The notes under the pieces: generated by a model
Told to the model about the DNA's origin: nothing
The model's input: only the letters and a program-made list of their open reading frames with translations
Databases searched by the model: none
Shown here: piece by piece, positions 13,559-41,500 of the stretch
How the letters are laid out: every line of letters starts with the position of its first letter
Position numbering within the stretch: position 1 is the stretch's first letter
Assembly: GCF_001194135.2 (NCBI RefSeq)
Contig: NC_068983.1
Location: 136,674,939-136,738,938 of the forward strand
From: Octopus bimaculoides
Lineage: Eukaryota
Length of the DNA: 64,000 bases
Direction of reading: 5' to 3'
Made by a program: the position numbers and the translations under genes

Positions 13559-16500
13559 ATAGGTAATATAAAGAATGAATTAATAACACAGTTCATGTTG
13601 ATGGCAACTTGTGCTCACAACATGCCAAAGTTATAAAGATAAATAAGGAGTAGGATCTCTTTTCACTAGACTATTATTAAACTCTAGAATTCAAAAAGTA
13701 TGGCAAATGAAAGAAGTGAAATATAATCATCTCTATAATGGAATTCAAATCAAAATGAAAATTTCATTTGACGGTGTCTGAGGGATGACTAAAATAGGTA
13801 CAGCTATAAAATCCAATGTCATGTAGTAGATACTAAATCAGAGAGTTATAGATTATATATTAACAACTCATTACTTTTCACAAAGCACAAATGTTTTGGA
13901 GAAGGTGTATTATTAATTTTTATCAACTATAATACTAGACTGGTACTTATTTTATCAACTCTAGAGAAATGAACAATGAAGTTAGTCTCAGCAGAAACTG
14001 AACATATTATGTAAAAGAATGTAACTAAATATCACTAGGCATTTGTTTAGTTCTCTAATAATTTTTCCATTCACATCCCTGCTGGATTTAAATGATGGAA
14101 AAGTTGAGTAGAAAATGTTGAAGTAAGTAGTCCTTGAAAAGATTTAATCTTGACAAAAGATAATTAGAATAAAATAACAACACATTAGATTACTGGGGAA
14201 CACACAGTAATCAAAAACTATATATTTTATTAAGTTTTATATTGGATAAGTTTAAAGTTAATCATGGTATATCAGTATAGTCTTTTAAAATAATAAAAAG
14301 GAGATATGCAATAGCATATCTTGTATTTTTAAACTGATTTTATGGTAGTACTAAGAGCATTGGAAGACCAACATCATTGAGCTACGGTGCAATTAGCTAA
14401 GAGGAATGATGATTTTATATATTCAGCAGTGTACTTTACATGTACAAAGAGCATAAGTAAATTATAAAATGACTGAGAAAAAAATTTTGAATAATTTCTG
14501 TCTAGGATCCTTTTTGCTTTTTTATGTAGAGATTATTTGTAAGAGGAAGTAACTCTTGCTTAGCTGTCTCAGTCTTGGATTTTGATGAATCTTCAATAAC
14601 TCTTCATACATATTACAACTTAACAGTTGCATAATGACATGTATTGAAGAGTCATTAAATTGTATAAAACTAAGTTTTGCTATCAAAATTTTGCTGTGGA
14701 AATAATTTTATAAACAATGTATAAAGACTGCAGGTTGGGAGACTATGGAGAAATGAGAAATTATAGTTCAGCTTGCATCAAAGAATATTTATGTGTAATT
14801 GATTTTTGATGCTGTGTATAAGAAGTTACCTAATACTTTCAGATATGAGAGAGAATGTGTGTTTGTGTGTGTGGATGGGGGCAGAGATTATAATATTTAT
14901 AGCTTTTAACAGCTGCTTAGATTTAGATATTGGAAAGCTAGATGATAGAAATATGATAAAACAGTAACTTGTAGTTCAGTACTGATTGAAGTGATTGATT
15001 CTAAATACCAAAGAAGAAGAATGAATTGAGTAGAAATATTTGGCAAGGCATTTGAAATGCATCAGCTGAGGTAGAGATTTGGAGAGAAAATGAATACAAA
15101 CTGCAAGTTATACAAACAGTTAAAACATTTTTATTATTAAATACTGTTGCTACATTATCTTTTAAAATCATCCTGAAAGACAAGTGAGAAATGCAGTTTA
15201 TTAAACACTCACATATGGCAGGGTGGTAAGAAGTTTACTTCACAGATATGAGGTCTGGGTTCAGTCCCATTGCAATGCATCTTGAGATGTCTTTCCCTTA
15301 GCTTCATGTTGAGCCAAGCCCTGTGAGTGAAGCTGGGTAGAAAGAAATTATTGGATACATTATACCTGTAATTAAAATGCCCAGCCTTATCACACCAATT
15401 CCATCAGAGAATAACATTAAACGACAAGTGTTTGTGGAATGCTCAGCTTACTTTGCAAAATACTTTACACTAATGAGTAAGTCTTTCTATGGATTGAACA
15501 ACTAGATACTCATAAGTCAAAACTGCCAGGAGTGCCCTTCATATTTCAGAGTGTGTGTGTGTGTGAGTTTGGCAGAGTACTGTAGCTTGCCAAATCCTGT
15601 CAAACAATCCAGTCCATAATAGCATGGAAAATGGGTGTTAAATGATAACGGTGATTATATAAATATACATATTTATTACATAAATATTAATTGGCTAACT
15701 GTGAATTTGATGACATTAAGTTCAGTTGCAAAAAGTATTAGTGCCATAACCCCTATTTACTATTCCACTTTATATTTTCCTTTTATTTGTGTCTCTTGCA
15801 GTTTTCAAGAAATAACAGTACTTGTTAGAATTTTGTTTCAGAAATGTTAGGAGTATTTTGAAAATAATTTCTATATTACATTCTAAGAATTATAATAGAT
15901 TTAATCTTCCTCACAAAGATTTTGTGATAAGAAAAATTCATTGTTAGAATTTTCTCAGATCTTCACATTAATTTATATAACCATGCACTTATCATCCATT
16001 GTTATGTTAACTACGATGTCATTTTGTATATATGTAAATACCAAGACATGTTTAGTGAATTCTCTTTGAATTAAAGAAAAGTTTATTAGAACTATGCATG
16101 GTTTCTAAATGTTAAATAAACCACAATTATATATATTTATATGCACTATATCCACAGAGTTTGAATGTATGCATGTAAAGTAAATACCACAGTAGCATAA
16201 GGATAAGATACTGTTATTGTTTTTTTTTTATTCATCTTTTTATTCTTTTTTTTTCTCTTTTTTTTTTAAACCACTTTACTCTGAAACAGCACTTTAAAAC
16301 AACACAATTTTTTCCAACCCCTCCTTTTTTTTATTCTATGATAATATTATTTGAGCTAATTTTAGAAAACTTCTTGAATGCAATATATGAAATATTTATA
16401 AAATTCAACTCATCTGTAAATGTATATTATGTAAATCTAGATATATTTTCTAAAATATTTTCCCCTAAATATCCTTAATATTTTCCCATACTTGTTTGAA

Positions 16501-17659
16501 TGTGCTTTGCTTTCAAATGTATTTTTAATTACACAAATAAAGTAATAATGACTATATCACTTTATCACAGTATTTATTTTAAGTAAAAGATATTTTATAA
16601 CTTAAAGAAAATGTTTTCTATATTAAAAATATACTAATAAACTGTTATTTTGTATGTAATGATTTTTTAAATATTAAAAGAAAATGATTGAAGACTTCAC
16701 TTTTATTAGATAATAAAGATATATATAAGTGACAGATATAACTTTCAAAATACAGTATGTTTCAACAGTCAGTAACAAAATGCAAATTCATTGCCAAGTG
16801 TATGTAAAATGATATACAAGAATTATTGAAATTAATCAAAGTTGTATTGAATTATCTTTATACAGAACAGTATTTCTTAATCTTTTCTGTATTTCCCTGC
16901 TTTACCAGTTCACCATTTGTCTGATTTCACTCCCTTTGATAATTACATTTTCTTGCATAATATTAAGAGCTTTATATTAATTTAATATTAACATTCTTAA
17001 AATCAATATTAAAGAAAATAAATCTAGCCATAGCAGTGTGGATAATCATAAAGAATTTTTAAACCTAAAAACAATTTTTCCACTAGAAACTCCAATTTAC
17101 ATCTAGAGTGCTGTAAATTATTTCCCCAGATTATGAATAGCTGATACAGAGTGATCTAGTTCCTTTCAAGTAATTACTATTTTTTTAATGTTCATGAAAA
17201 AACAATATGATGGAACAGACATTTTGGTGCAAATAATTTTCTATGATATATGATTATACATGAAACAAATAGATATTTTCTACTATTTCATTTTTTAAAT
17301 TTTTATTCCACTTTTCCAAATATAAAGTAGTTTAAATGCTACAGGCTTTTACACTCTCCTTCTGTTTTTTCTATTTACATTCATTAAGAGTGTCCTGTTT
17401 CACACATATATATACATACATATATACATACATATANNNNNNNNNNNNNNNNNNNNNNNNNNTGTATGTATGTATGTTTGTATGTATGTATATGTGTGTA
17501 TGTGTATGTGTGTGTGTGTGTGTGTCTATATACAATCCTTAAACTTGGTTAGATTTGAAGAAAAATATGTTTAATGTTTTCTTGAACTTTGTACAGAAGA
17601 AAACCCTCCAAGCTCAAATCACACAAAAGTATACGTACATATTTGTGTGTGTGTGTGTG

Positions 17660-18055
17660 TGTACATTATATAGTTGAAATTTATAGAAAAACAAAAGATG
17701 AAGACAGGTGTATGAGCAGCAAGCAAGTGTATTAGTTTGATGTATGGGTAAAATGAAAAAGTCTTTTACATTTTGAACCTATGCTCTTCAGTAGCGAATG
17801 ACAGGTAGAAATGGTGTGAGACTGGGGTGTCATTGCCTAGTCTGATGTCTCAGAGGTGCTCTGCGAACCAGTCAGCCAAGCGGCATCCCATTTGACTGAT
17901 GTACAGAGAAGGACAGAGAGAGCAGGAGATGCAGTAAATGACATTGCTAAAAGTGCAGGTAAAGGAGTCGGTGATGTGATAGGGACAATGATGGGTGCCT
18001 GTGAGGATGGTGGTGTTGGAGAGGTAGGGCAGGTGCGACAGCATGGGTGGGAACA
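17660..18055 (-). mobile_element. Penelope-like element GIY-YIG endonuclease fragment and 3' region
   Basis: Minus strand: CRTCP...HITDSFTCTFSNVIYCISCSLCPSLYISQMGCRLADWFAEHL (IY..YIG..L..RF.EH motif). Confidence 0.85.
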
Positions 18056-19641
18056 GGTGTATGTGTATGTATTTATGTATGTGTATATATATATGTTTGT
18101 ATATAGGTATATGTAGGCATGTGTGTATATGTGTGTGTATAAGTATGTATGTATCATTTTTGTATTTGGTTTGCATTACAGATATACTTTCAATAGCATC
18201 CAGTCCATTTTACATGTAATTTAAGTCATCAGATATGGTTGATGAGAAGAGTATAGCCTGGACACTTTTGTACTGAAGGTCTGAAAATAGCACATCTGGT
18301 TTACAAGGTTCAGAAACATTGTGGAAAAAAGTAAAGAAATCTAGGAATGAAAGACAGCAAAAAGGAAAAAACATACACATAGACACATGGCTGGCTCTTA
18401 GTTCTATCAGTGTTATATCCCTTGGATTGGTCTTTTAAGTCATTGTCCTGCTTGTCAGCATTCAAGTGGCAACAGTCCTCCCCATTTTTTTGTATATGTA
18501 ATTGTAAGGGAGAGAGAGAAAGATGGGGAGAGAAGGAGGTTTTTTTTAAGAAAAATAGCATGGGTGTATGCAAGCACCGGATGTAGGAGAAAACAACTTT
18601 AAATGGTGGGGGTACTTCAAATGGGACAAAAGCCAGGCTTAGTGCTAGGATGGTACAGACCAGTTGGCCAAAATATATCTTCAATCATGAGGATAAGAGG
18701 TAAAAAAACCTCACTTTTAGAGTTCAGGACAGTAAATAGAGCATTTTGAATATTTTACAATGCTGCCATTTTTTACAATGTTGAGTAATCTGAACCTGGT
18801 ATGTTTTCACAGCTGATGTTGCTGGGGGTCTTTCTGATTTAACTATCAATGTTGTTACCTTAGTGATAATCATCTTCAAAATTTCGTTCATTTAATTCCA
18901 AACATAACAGTTTTATTCCTTATCTACAAGACTACTATATTCTAAATACACTACTATAGTGTATTTCAGATGGAATGTTTACCGACATATCTTAAATATG
19001 CAATTCATATTAAATTTTTCATATAACTCCCAATATATCATCAGCCACAGTTTCTAGAAAATACCAATTTTTATTGGATTCTTGTTTCTAAAATTTTTAG
19101 TTTTGCAATATTATTTCTACCATGTAATACACATAATAATACATCTATGCCTTAAAAATAAAGTTAAGTAAATTCGAAATATAATGTATATATGAAGAAA
19201 TAACTATATATGATTTCTTTAGAATGTCAAAATAATATCTTGTCTTAATATTTAAAATTTCGAATATGTATGTATTCAGAGTTAAATACGAATAAATCAA
19301 TATATTTTACTGCAAAAAGAAAACTAAAGTACAGCTTTTTAAGAAGTGCCACTTTTTATAAATTTTATGGATGTTAAAGAGAATATAAAGCTAAACTCAT
19401 GTGTATGGTGTGTGTATGTTGTGATGGGGGTATGTATACATGTGCATATTTATGCACACACACACACATGTGTATGTAGATGTTTATATAGGTGTATGTG
19501 TTTGCAGGTGTATGAGTGAATGTTTACTGACATATTTTTCATGATACATATTGAGCTTGACAGATGTATACAATGCAAGATGTTTCTTGGATTTCTTATT
19601 AAGTGAAGATGTTGAAAACTATGTTGTAAAATTACTCCTGA

Positions 19642-33052
<13,411 letters not shown>

Positions 33053-36000
33053 GTGAGTATCTGTTCTATCTTATCTATCACTCTATATCTATATATCTAT
33101 CTATTTGTCTGTCATATATATATAGTTGTCTTTCTATTTAGAGAACTAACAGTCACAAGTTTCATTTTTGTTAACAGAATCTGAAGCATATTCCTTTAGA
33201 ATTACAATCTACTTTAGAATACAAATATACAGTGATTTTTATATATCTTTCAATTCTAAGGCAATAGCATCATTGTTGCATGAAGTTTCTTTGTCAACTG
33301 TATTAAATTAATTTAATTTTATACTTAATTTGTTATTGTTGTTACTGCTTTTTTTTTTTTACATTTTAGTTTTAAATTTCTGGGGGTTTTTCTTTTGTTT
33401 ATTTTTAATCCCCAAATATTTCATAACAAGACTATTCCTGTACCTGATCTCAAATGAATGCTGCTCTACTTATGATCCAAGGATTGAATATATACAGTGT
33501 TTTTGAGAAAACTGAAATTAAATACAAAACAAAATGTTGTTGGTTCTGTTTAAATTTTGCTGAATCTGTTCTATCTTCTTCAAAGACTTACGGGAAAATT
33601 TTGCTTGCATTCTTAGCATGGCTGCTCTTCTCATTGATCTTAAGCATTAATATTTTGTGTTCTTCACTCAGTTTCAGCGACATTAATTAATGAGAAATTG
33701 TTCTGTATTTTATCTGCTCCTGCTGCAACATAGGAATTAAATATTGGATCAGCATTTAACTTATTTCAATATTACAAGGTTTTTTTTTGTTTTTCTCTCT
33801 CTTCTTTTGTTTAAAAATTGACACTTTCAGTTGTTCAAACAAACAAAAAAGGATAAAAATTATACAAAAGAAACCAACAGTATTTGATATTTTAAATCAT
33901 ATTTTCTGATTCACTGTTTGCAGCTGTAAAAGGAGATTTTTCACACAGTGATATTTTCTTCAACATCACTTTTTGTTTTATAGTGAAGGGGAATCTTTTT
34001 GTTATGTTGTTTGTTTACTGTTGTTACTTTGTGTTTTATATGTTGTTGGTATTTATATATTATCTTGTGAGTATTTTTATCAGTTTAGTTTGAATAAATC
34101 AGTTCAATTTAGTTCAGTTCATAACACACACATGCAGTATATATGTATACGCATGTATATTCACATATATGCATAGAGTTTTAGTTTTTTTTTTCAAATT
34201 GTACTTCTCATTGCTCTCCCTTTCCCTTCATAAATGCTGCTAACTGTTTCTTTTCTTTTTCTTCACATTTTTTTTATATATGCATAGCTTTTTTCTCCTT
34301 TTCTCATATATACATATATGGTGACTGTCCACCAATGTCCAAGGAAGATCATCACTGACAGACATAAGCTATTTATATATAAGTCAGTGACTGTGTGCTT
34401 CCAATTCATCATGTCTGCACACATGGTCATCTTCCCATTACCATAAGAAAATTAAAATAAAAACAGCCTTTTAAAAAAAGAGTACTGAAGTCAGCAATGC
34501 CCATGCAGAATTTTAATAAGGTTTGCACAACACCTCATAAAATTTTTTTACGCTATTGGTATGATCCAGAGACAAGCCTGAACAAGATATTTGGTAATAA
34601 TAACAGTCACAGATCAGGAATGTAAGAGTCATAATCTTTAGCTAATGCTGAAGACTCCCACCAACACTGCCAATGCAGTTTCCTGCATGAATTTTCTACT
34701 TGGAAATATGCTTCAACAGAAGCTAAGGAGTGCAATGAAAACCAATCCAGAATTTCTGAGTCCTTGTGCTCTTGCTAAATAGTTGTTGACTCTATGCTGG
34801 ATCTATCCGCTCTTTTGAAATGTATTGTTTCTATCTTACTAGGTTTCCAGTAATTCTCTTTACCATGATGAAGCCAGTTTAGCTGCCAGTGAACCAACCA
34901 GGCTATTGGTTGTACTGGATTACATGTTACTAATAACATTACTTGATTACATAAAGCACATGTATAAGATCATAATTAAGAAGAATAATATAATTTATAT
35001 ATACATATGATACATATATAATATTTATATGTATATAATACTTATATAATATATGTGTGTGTGTGTATTATTATATCACATACACCTACATGCACATACA
35101 TATATGATTTTATTTTTTATTTATTCATCTAATTATTTACCTACTTAGGTATTTATATATTAGTTATGTTCATTTTTTTTATTCTTTTTTAATTTTCAAT
35201 ATAAATTTGGAAAATAAGTGTTGACTTTGCTATTTTCCATGTGATTGTTTCTTTATATGACAATATGAACTATTTCTGCTATCCATTTATTTGCTATTGT
35301 TATTGTTGTTTTAGATTTTCAATTTTATTTCTGGAGAACTGAACTGTTGTCTTAGAGACTTGTGTATGCTGCCCTGGTGCCATATCATTTGCTATTGAGC
35401 TGTCTGAATTTTTTTATTATATTTTGTTTCGTCCAGCAGGTTTTAATATCAAGAGAATAACACTAAACCTCCCATTCTCTAAACAAAACATCACTTGTTA
35501 TTAGCTTATTTACTAAACTTTTTTTTATCACCCTGCTAAATTCAACATCATCCAGTTAATATAATGCATTTTCCAATTCTACATTATCTTGACAAAGTAA
35601 ATCTCACTTCATACTGTCTACTTTACAGTAACAAATGCAACATTACTTCCATTAGATTATGTTAAATAATATATTACCTTACTAATTATCACTTCAATAA
35701 AGTGAGTATTACCCTATAACTGGATTTATCAAATTAAGATGTATGGTGTATTTAATAATTATTATCAGTTGTTTATTGTTAGCTCCAAATTAAGCTGTCA
35801 GTACCTTGAACCACATATGGTAAACTCAGCTATCAGTACTGATAAAAATTCTAACAAATCATGTTTTTATTTTATATTATGCCACCTTTATCCATGTCAT
35901 ACTGTTAAAATAATATACAAGTTATTAAGCTGTGCCATTTTTATAAAATCTGTTTTCGTCCTAATAAGCAATGTGTCATGCTATGTTAGACCATTAAAAC

Positions 36001-36611
36001 AATACATATCTTGGTAAACACTATCAAAATCAAATAAAACAAAATCATTACTGTTCTAAACAATATGTTACTTTTGTTATAGCAATAACCAACATATAGT
36101 AATTTCTAAATAGTATGACAACTTTATGACCAATGTGTCACTGGTACATAGATATATGACATTGTTAAACAGCATCATGCAAACATCATTTAGCACTGTA
36201 ATATCGCAACAGATATCTTCTCAATCTCTTTTTGCTATCAGAAAAATGTGGATAGTTCCTATAGCCATAAGGTTCTCTCATGTCAGAGATCATTTGAATA
36301 ATGACTTTCTTTCAAAACTTTATACTTATAAAAAAGTTTTTATCAATCAGTAGGTTACTGCATGCTAGCGATTAAAACTTTACATACTTTTCGTGTATGT
36401 GTTCATGGATATGTTTATTTTCATGCCCCATTTGGGGTTTTTTTTTGGTTTTTTTATAAACTCATATGGATTGGTTGTTTGAGCAAATTCGAATATTTGC
36501 ATGATCTTTGCCTTCTTACAGTTCATAACAATGACCTTTCTCTGCAGTGCATCATGGAACCAGGTTATGCTTTGAATAACCTTATGAAGGAAAACTTTCT
36601 CTCTCTCTCTT

Positions 36612-36644
<33 letters not shown>

Positions 36645-38294
36645 TCCATACACACTCAGCAATTTCTTTAAATTAAAATTCTGTTAGAGAATGTAAATAA
36701 ATAATTGCAACTGAAGCATTTATTAAATATGCAGGGGCTACACTAGACAAACCATTACAATTAAAGTATGATAGGTGAGTAAACTGTTGGGTAGTAATGA
36801 TAATAATAATAATCATAATATTCCTTAGCAATTTTATAATACCTAATACCTAATTTTATAGACCTTGTGTAGTATAAAGGTAAAAATTAGACTACCTTTT
36901 TGGTTCTATGAAATAAGAGATATATCAACTATTTCATTCTCATGCCTCCAGGCACCCGTGTTTGTCTATTGGAGGAAAAGTAGCAAAACATTTGTGGAAA
37001 ATTTCCAGGTACTCTATTAGCTTTTTAGTTAGTGGAGTATTTCCCTCCTACCCTATTTATTTAAAGTTGCAATCTAAAATTAAGTACTTAAGTTTTGTAA
37101 CTTATGACATGATTATAGTTAATGCCAGTGCCATAAATTTTAAATTAATCTTCTATATCACTAAACTAAATTGTTGAAGCTGAATGTCAACAAGATATCT
37201 ATTAGCTGAAAGTTTTACAATTTTTAACTTTCACTGGCTCATTCTTCACTTTACTGAAAATAGGTTCCATGGTGAAAGTGCAGCTTACCGCTGTAATAGC
37301 TGCAAGGCAAATGCACAGTTGACTTGCAATATCAAGCTCAAAATCCTACCATAGGTACAGTATAGAGAAACACTCTTCTGATATCAACAGGAATAATCAC
37401 CCATTGAAAGATACATTTGGTTAGGAAAAAGAACTAATACTTTCTTGAGACTGATTCTTTTAACTGATTTCATTAACAGCAAGATTTCAGAATTCTGCAA
37501 CACCATCACTTTTTATTTACATAACTAATACTTTAAATGGAATATTGCTAACTAAATTATAGCCAGATTCCTTTCCTTGTGCTAGCAGTTGTTACAGTAG
37601 GCAAAAATATAAATTTTTCCACTGCTATTAGAAATGATACTTTCACAGGCTTTACACCTATATCTTACTTTGAGTAAAAGCAATTCTTCTTTATCCAAAC
37701 AAATTAGGCACTGATAATATAACTTAAAACATTTTAAGAGGTAATTAGATAAGTAGATTTTATCAAATTATGTAGAATGTAATTAAAAGCAAACAGAATC
37801 AATATTCAATTATTTTGACAATCAATTTGAACTTTAGCATTAAAGAAATAAATTTAGAAAATTGCACTCAGAGTATTCAGTGAAATTATAAACAGAGGAT
37901 ATCCTTAAAAATATCTATACTAAAGTCAGCTAAATAAGTAAACATATTAGTGCACGGTTTTTCTGTTTACTGCTACCATGACATGTTTAGTTTCTTAATA
38001 ACCTAAAACCAAACCAAACAACACAGTTCTTTATGAGATGAAACTCACCAGGATTATATTTTACACACTATATTTTATAAAAATACTATCACTGTATTTT
38101 ATGCTACCAAGTTAATCTTCTTTTTCTGCACAATTTTCTGTTAATTTTTGTGCCTTTCCTATTTACATTGCATGTTTTTTCTTTCTTTTTAATTTTTTCT
38201 TTTCTTTTTATTTTTTCTCAGTTTTTCTCTAACTGAAGTATGTAATATCTAATGAATTCTTTCTTGTTCATTTACTTATATTCTTTGCTCTCAG

Positions 38295-38306
38295 CGAAAC
38301 TCAGAG
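38295..38306 (+). CDS. Cav1: Candidate 12-nt Cav1 microexon in the IVS3-S4 linker (RNSE)
   Basis: Long pyrimidine tract, CTAAT branch-like motif, ttctTTGCtctcAG|CGA AAC TCA GAG|GTTTGT; phase 0, no stop, hydrophilic. No transcript evidence. Confidence 0.5.
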
Positions 38307-38410
38307 GTTTGTTTTCTGTTTCAAATAAATCCACTGGGTTATTGCTTCCATTGATTTAATGTGTATTTTACAATTTTGTTGTGCTTTTATATACATGCAT
38401 ATATACATAT

Positions 38411-38464
<54 letters not shown>

Positions 38465-40155
38465 TGCTAGGCATTATATGCTGAATTTACTGCTCTTGAT
38501 GTTGTTGCTGCTGCTGTTATCAATATTATTGCTTTTAGAAATAGTTATGGCTATGTCCACACGCCTCTGCTATTTGGCTGCTACTGTTGTGTTTTTGTTA
38601 GTGCTAATGATGCTGATAATGATAATACTGTTGCCTTCTCTGATAGCAAGATGTAAACAATGTAAAAAATGCCTAAAAGATAAGTTTAGTTTTAGTATGT
38701 CACTTGAATTTTTCAAAATTTGTAAAACTTACAGGGTGGTGTCAAAAGCTGTTGGTTTTTTTTTTAACTTGATAATTTAAAAATCAAACACATCAAGTTT
38801 TCAATCAAAAGTAAATATAACTTAACACATAATTTTGTTTCTTTTTCTTCTTTGCATATTCATTAAATCAAAAGAAATTGGCTTTTCGAATATGTTCAAC
38901 ACTTCATTTCTCCTAAGATCTTCAAATTAAATTTATTCATTAAAACAGCTTTCTATATTTTCAAAAAGGTATTTTTTTTCTCTTGAAATTATTTCAAAGA
39001 TGATCAAGTAGCATTTTGATCACATTTTCATGGTGGAAACTAATTGCCAAACTAAACTGCATAGTTTAATAATACTGGTTTGAAATGTGAGCTATTCAAG
39101 CAGCATTATCTAAAGAGTAGATACTGAAAAGGAAAAGCATGTACATTGAACAAAAGAAATAAGCTACTTTTCAAAAGAAGCATATCAATTCATTCATATT
39201 TGCACATTGCACAATTGCACATGTGTATCATCATCATCATCGTTTAACGTCCGCTTTCCATGCTAGCATGGGTTGGACGATTTGACTGAGGACNNNNNNN
39301 NNNACGCCAACCAGCTGTAGAAACTCTGCCAAATCAGACTGGAGCCTGGTGTTGCCATCCGGTTTCACCATGCATTTAGGAATATCAACAATAGCATTAG
39401 AAAAGCTTCTAACTTTGCATTTTGACATTGCAGTGATAAGTGCAAGGCCATATTTAATCAGTTTGACATCATGGACTTCATCCATCTATATTGTGATATT
39501 GCAGCCTGTTATCCATATATGTATGAAAACCAAACCCCATCCAATTATGATATGGTGGTAGGAACCATGCTTCCAGTAATTGTTTTAGGTACCTATGTAG
39601 TCATAAGCAAGTACAGACTCTCTCACAGCCCTTCCACCCACCTTAACATCCAAAATGTGACAGCTGAAAAGATAGAAAAGATTTTTAACTGCATGATAGT
39701 GCACTCAACTGAGAGCAATTTCAGCTGAGTAGATTAACAATAGCTTGAAATGAAGAATCTTCCACAAGAACATATCAAGCAATAACTGCTCAGCCACACA
39801 TGTGCATTCACATATATAAATGTTCAGATATGTATACACACGTATCTGTCATCATCATCATTTAATGTCCATTTTCCATGTTGTGTATGTGTATATATCA
39901 GGTCATCCCATATGTTCTGTCTGAATTTTGAATAAAGAAAACAAGTGATCAAATGTTATATTTAATTGAAATTTAATCATCAGTGTACTTTCCCTGATTA
40001 TCTATAACTTCCTTCCATCTATTTACAAGCTTTTTAATAATAAACTGTCATCTAAATTACGCAAAAATGAAAATAACACTGACATCTCATTTTAACAGAT
40101 ATATTTACCAAAATTCCGTAAATATATCTTGAAATACTAAAGAGTAAATTTATTC

Positions 40156-41096
40156 NNNNNNNNNNNNNNNNNNNNNNNNNNNNNNNNNNNNNNNNNNNNN
40201 NNNNNNNNNNNNNNNNNNNNNNNNNNNNNNNNNNNNNNNNNNNNNNNNNNNNNNNNNNNNNNNNNNNNNNNNNNNNNNNNNNNNNNNNNNNNNNNNNNNN
40301 NNNNNNNNNNNNNNNNNNNNNNNNNNNNNNNNNNNNNNNNNNNNNNNNNNNNNNNNNNNNNNNNNNNNNNNNNNNNNNNNNNNNNNNNNNNNNNNNNNNN
40401 NNNNNNNNNNNNNNNNNNNNNNNNNNNNNNNNNNNNNNNNNNNNNNNNNNNNNNNNNNNNNNNNNNNNNNNNNNNNNNNNNNNNNNNNNNNNNNNNNNNN
40501 NNNNNNNNNNNNNNNNNNNNNNNNNNNNNNNNNNNNNNNNNNNNNNNNNNNNNNNNNNNNNNNNNNNNNNNNNNNNNNNNNNNNNNNNNNNNNNNNNNNN
40601 NNNNNNNNNNNNNNNNNNNNNNNNNNNNNNNNNNNNNNNNNNNNNNNNNNNNNNNNNNNNNNNNNNNNNNNNNNNNNNNNNNNNNNNNNNNNNNNNNNNN
40701 NNNNNNNNNNNNNNNNNNNNNNNNNNNNNNNNNNNNNNNNNNNNNNNNNNNNNNNNNNNNNNNNNNNNNNNNNNNNNNNNNNNNNNNNNNNNNNNNNNNN
40801 NNNNNNNNNNNNNNNNNNNNNNNNNNNNNNNNNNNNNNNNNNNNNNNNNNNNNNNNNNNNNNNNNNNNNNNNNNNNNNNNNNNNNNNNNNNNNNNNNNNN
40901 NNNNNNNNNNNNNNNNNNNNNNNNNNNNNNNNNNNNNNNNNNNNNNNNNNNNNNNNNNNNNNNNNNNNNNNNNNNNNNNNNNNNNNNNNNNNNNNNNNNN
41001 NNNNNNNNNNNNNNNNNNNNNNNNNNNNNNNNNNNNNNNNNNNNNNNNNNNNNNNNNNNNNNNNNNNNNNNNNNNNNNNNNNNNNNNNNNNNNNNN
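40156..41096. other. Assembly gap (N run)
   Basis: Run of N; smaller gaps near 8550, 17438, 21659, 39294, 52326 and 59690. Confidence 1.
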
Positions 41097-41468
41097 CAGC
41101 TGTCTGGCTTCCGTGCCAGTGGCACGTAAATAGCACCATTTGAGCATCGCCTTACTGACACATGAAAAGACATTTGAGCGAGGTCGTTGCCAGTTCCACT
41201 GGACTGGCTCCTGTGCAGGTGGCACGTAAAATATACACCATTTTGAACATGGCCATTGCCAGTACCGCCTGATTGGCCTTCGTGCCAGTGGCATGTAAAA
41301 GCACCCACTACACTCTCGGAGTGGTTAGCGTTAGGAAGGCATCAAGCTGTAGAAACTCTGCCAAATCAGATTGGAGCTTGGTGTAGCCATCTGGTTCGCC
41401 AGTCCTCAGTCAAATCGTCCAACCCATGCTAGCATGGAAAGCGGACGTTAAATGATGATGATGATGAT
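41097..41468 (+). mobile_element. Well-preserved copy of the same SINE family, starting at a gap edge
   Basis: Several gccagtggcacgtaaa repeats plus an intact 3' tail ending in (ATG)n. Confidence 0.85.
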
Positions 41469-41500
41469 CACACACACACAAATATATATGCCTATATATA

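Noticed and set aside
34288-34320. 33-nt AG...GTGACT segment, same size as vertebrate exon 33
   Set aside because: It encodes hydrophobic, low-complexity LFSPFLIYTYM, is itself polypyrimidine/TA repeat, and has a weak donor; implausible for an extracellular loop.
35430-35445. gtccAG|CAG|GTTTTA, a possible 3-nt microexon
   Set aside because: The donor is very weak, and such patterns are expected by chance.
36548-36563. 16-nt segment that would restore frame if paired with the 14-nt candidate at 53612 (CIMEPESTLK)
   Set aside because: The donor GTTATG is weak, and inclusion would put the intervening 48-nt exon out of frame with a stop; probably coincidence.
37264-37354. 91-nt AG...GTACAG segment of relatively high GC
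   Set aside because: There is a stop at the fourth codon in phase 0, a purine-rich acceptor and a weak donor; no channel homology.
38222-38237. 16-nt segment with a GTATGT donor just upstream of the 12-nt candidate
   Set aside because: It is not frame-preserving, contains TGA, and is better read as the polypyrimidine tract of the 38295 acceptor.
40052-41308. Long ORFs (329-418 aa) in the ORF track
   Set aside because: They consist almost entirely of X across the N gap, flanked by SINE sequence.
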